From a virus (taxonomy: Duplodnaviria; Caudoviricetes), in the IMG/VR virus record IMGVR_UViG_3300031784_002453, positions 1 to 35,792 of that record: a DNA stretch of 35,792 nucleotides. The stretch is one strand, 5' to 3'. The notes below the pieces were generated by a model. The model searched no databases. It was not told the DNA's origin and worked only from the letters and a program-made list of their open reading frames with translations. Below, piece after piece: positions 34,930 to 35,792 of the stretch (within the stretch, counting starts at the first letter, position 1; every line of letters begins with the position of its first letter). A program made the position numbers and the translations under genes.

Positions 34930-35792
34930 TTATAAATTCATAATATACATATTCATACTAGCACTGGTACACGTAGAACATGTTAGTGGTTGTTGTATAA
35001 ACAAACTGTTTGGTAATCCAACTGATCCAGTTAATGTTCCATATTTAGGGAAATTGTCACTTTCAATATCTACAGATAGATATCCTGGTATTGTTATAAT
35101 AGGAGATGATCCATTAGGTAAACCTTTACGGTTAACTGTTGTGGTATAATCATTTTGACCTTTAGTATAAGTATAATATGTGAGTTGACCAGGAGACACG
35201 GATTTTATTCCGTTAGTTATACGATAAAAAGATCCAGATACAGCTTGATATTTAGCTCTGCTTCCCACACGAACAAATTTGCTTAAGTGTCTTTGTGAAT
35301 ATCCACTATTCATGTCTCCACGATAAATATTCTTTAATGACGTACTTCCTGTAATCTGATTGTTCAATTGACCAGAACCAGATCCAATTGATTGTACGGC
35401 GTAATAACTTGATGTAAAAGTTACAACTTTTCCGTTGTCATTTCTAGACTGATAATAATCATTTTCAGGATAAATAACAGTATCTCTAACACTATATCCG
35501 TTCTTTTCTACATTAATATACTTTCCATATTTAGCAAATATAAAATCTCTATTGTCAATTTTATCTTTAATTTCAAATCTGGAAAAATTATAAGTATCTC
35601 TGTCCGTATCAATACCATTGATAACATCTACGTTTATTAAAGTATTACTTGATGAGTAATCTGTGTTAATTAACGTAGGAGTAAAAAATGGTTTGATTTC
35701 ATATGACATTAAACTAGATGGATTATTTGGATCCAACGGTGTAAAGTCGGCATCTTTATAATTAAATTTTACACGTTCAAATATAGATGGTT
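34930..35792 (-). CDS. 3' part of a larger structural (probably baseplate) protein; start lies beyond the right edge
   Basis: The frame stays open past the track start (TTG at 35736) to the window end: ...PSIFERVKFNYKDADFTPLDPNNP...; Ser/Thr/Gly-rich. Confidence 0.75.
   Translation of the reverse strand, partial: PSIFERVKFNYKDADFTPLDPNNPSSLMSYEIKPFFTPTLINTDYSSSNTLINVDVINGIDTDRDTYNFSRFEIKDKIDNRDFIFAKYGKYINVEKNGYSVRDTVIYPENDYYQSRNDNGKVVTFTSSYYAVQSIGSGSGQLNNQITGSTSLKNIYRGDMNSGYSQRHLSKFVRVGSRAKYQAVSGSFYRITNGIKSVSPGQLTYYTYTKGQNDYTTTVNRKGLPNGSSPIITIPGYLSVDIESDNFPKYGTLTGSVGLPNSLFIQQPLTCSTCTSASMNMYIMNL

Noticed and set aside
1-35792. Stop-codon reassignment, as in some large phages
   Set aside because: Genes are full length and densely packed under code 11; TAA, TAG (3480, 6427) and TGA (3502, 9904) all end genes.
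1-35792. tRNA, rRNA, CRISPR array, integrase, transposase or reverse transcriptase
   Set aside because: None recognised; intergenic gaps are short (the longest about 155 nt) and explained by promoters or a terminator.

Overview
This window is a 35.8 kb AT-rich fragment of a large T4-like (myovirus-type) tailed phage genome using the standard genetic code, with nearly all genes on the minus strand. In the direction of transcription (right to left) it holds: baseplate/tail structural genes; a RuvC-like resolvase, a primase and a fused gp47-gp46 (Mre11-Rad50/SbcDC) nuclease; an 8.3 kb six-gene glycosylation island; the tail sheath; a block of probable head-packaged accessory proteins; and the terminase, portal, prohead protease, scaffold and major capsid protein (cut by the left edge). 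The best candidate for a new system is the island. It encodes two homologues of the TibC/Aah bacterial autotransporter protein O-heptosyltransferases plus GT4, GT2, aminotransferase, acetyltransferase and methyltransferase domains, and it sits among tail proteins rich in S/T-G-S tripeptides, which suggests phage-encoded virion O-glycosylation. Other points: a putative late promoter TA(T/C/A)TTAT(A/T) that is the reverse complement of the T4 late promoter, two near-consensus sigma70 promoters predicted to give leaderless mRNAs, and a shared N-terminal M-x-x-L-x-x-(I/L)-(L/V)-x(0-1)-E peptide on a ligase-like protein, a flavoprotein and other ORFs. All calls come from motif recognition by eye; no searches were run.
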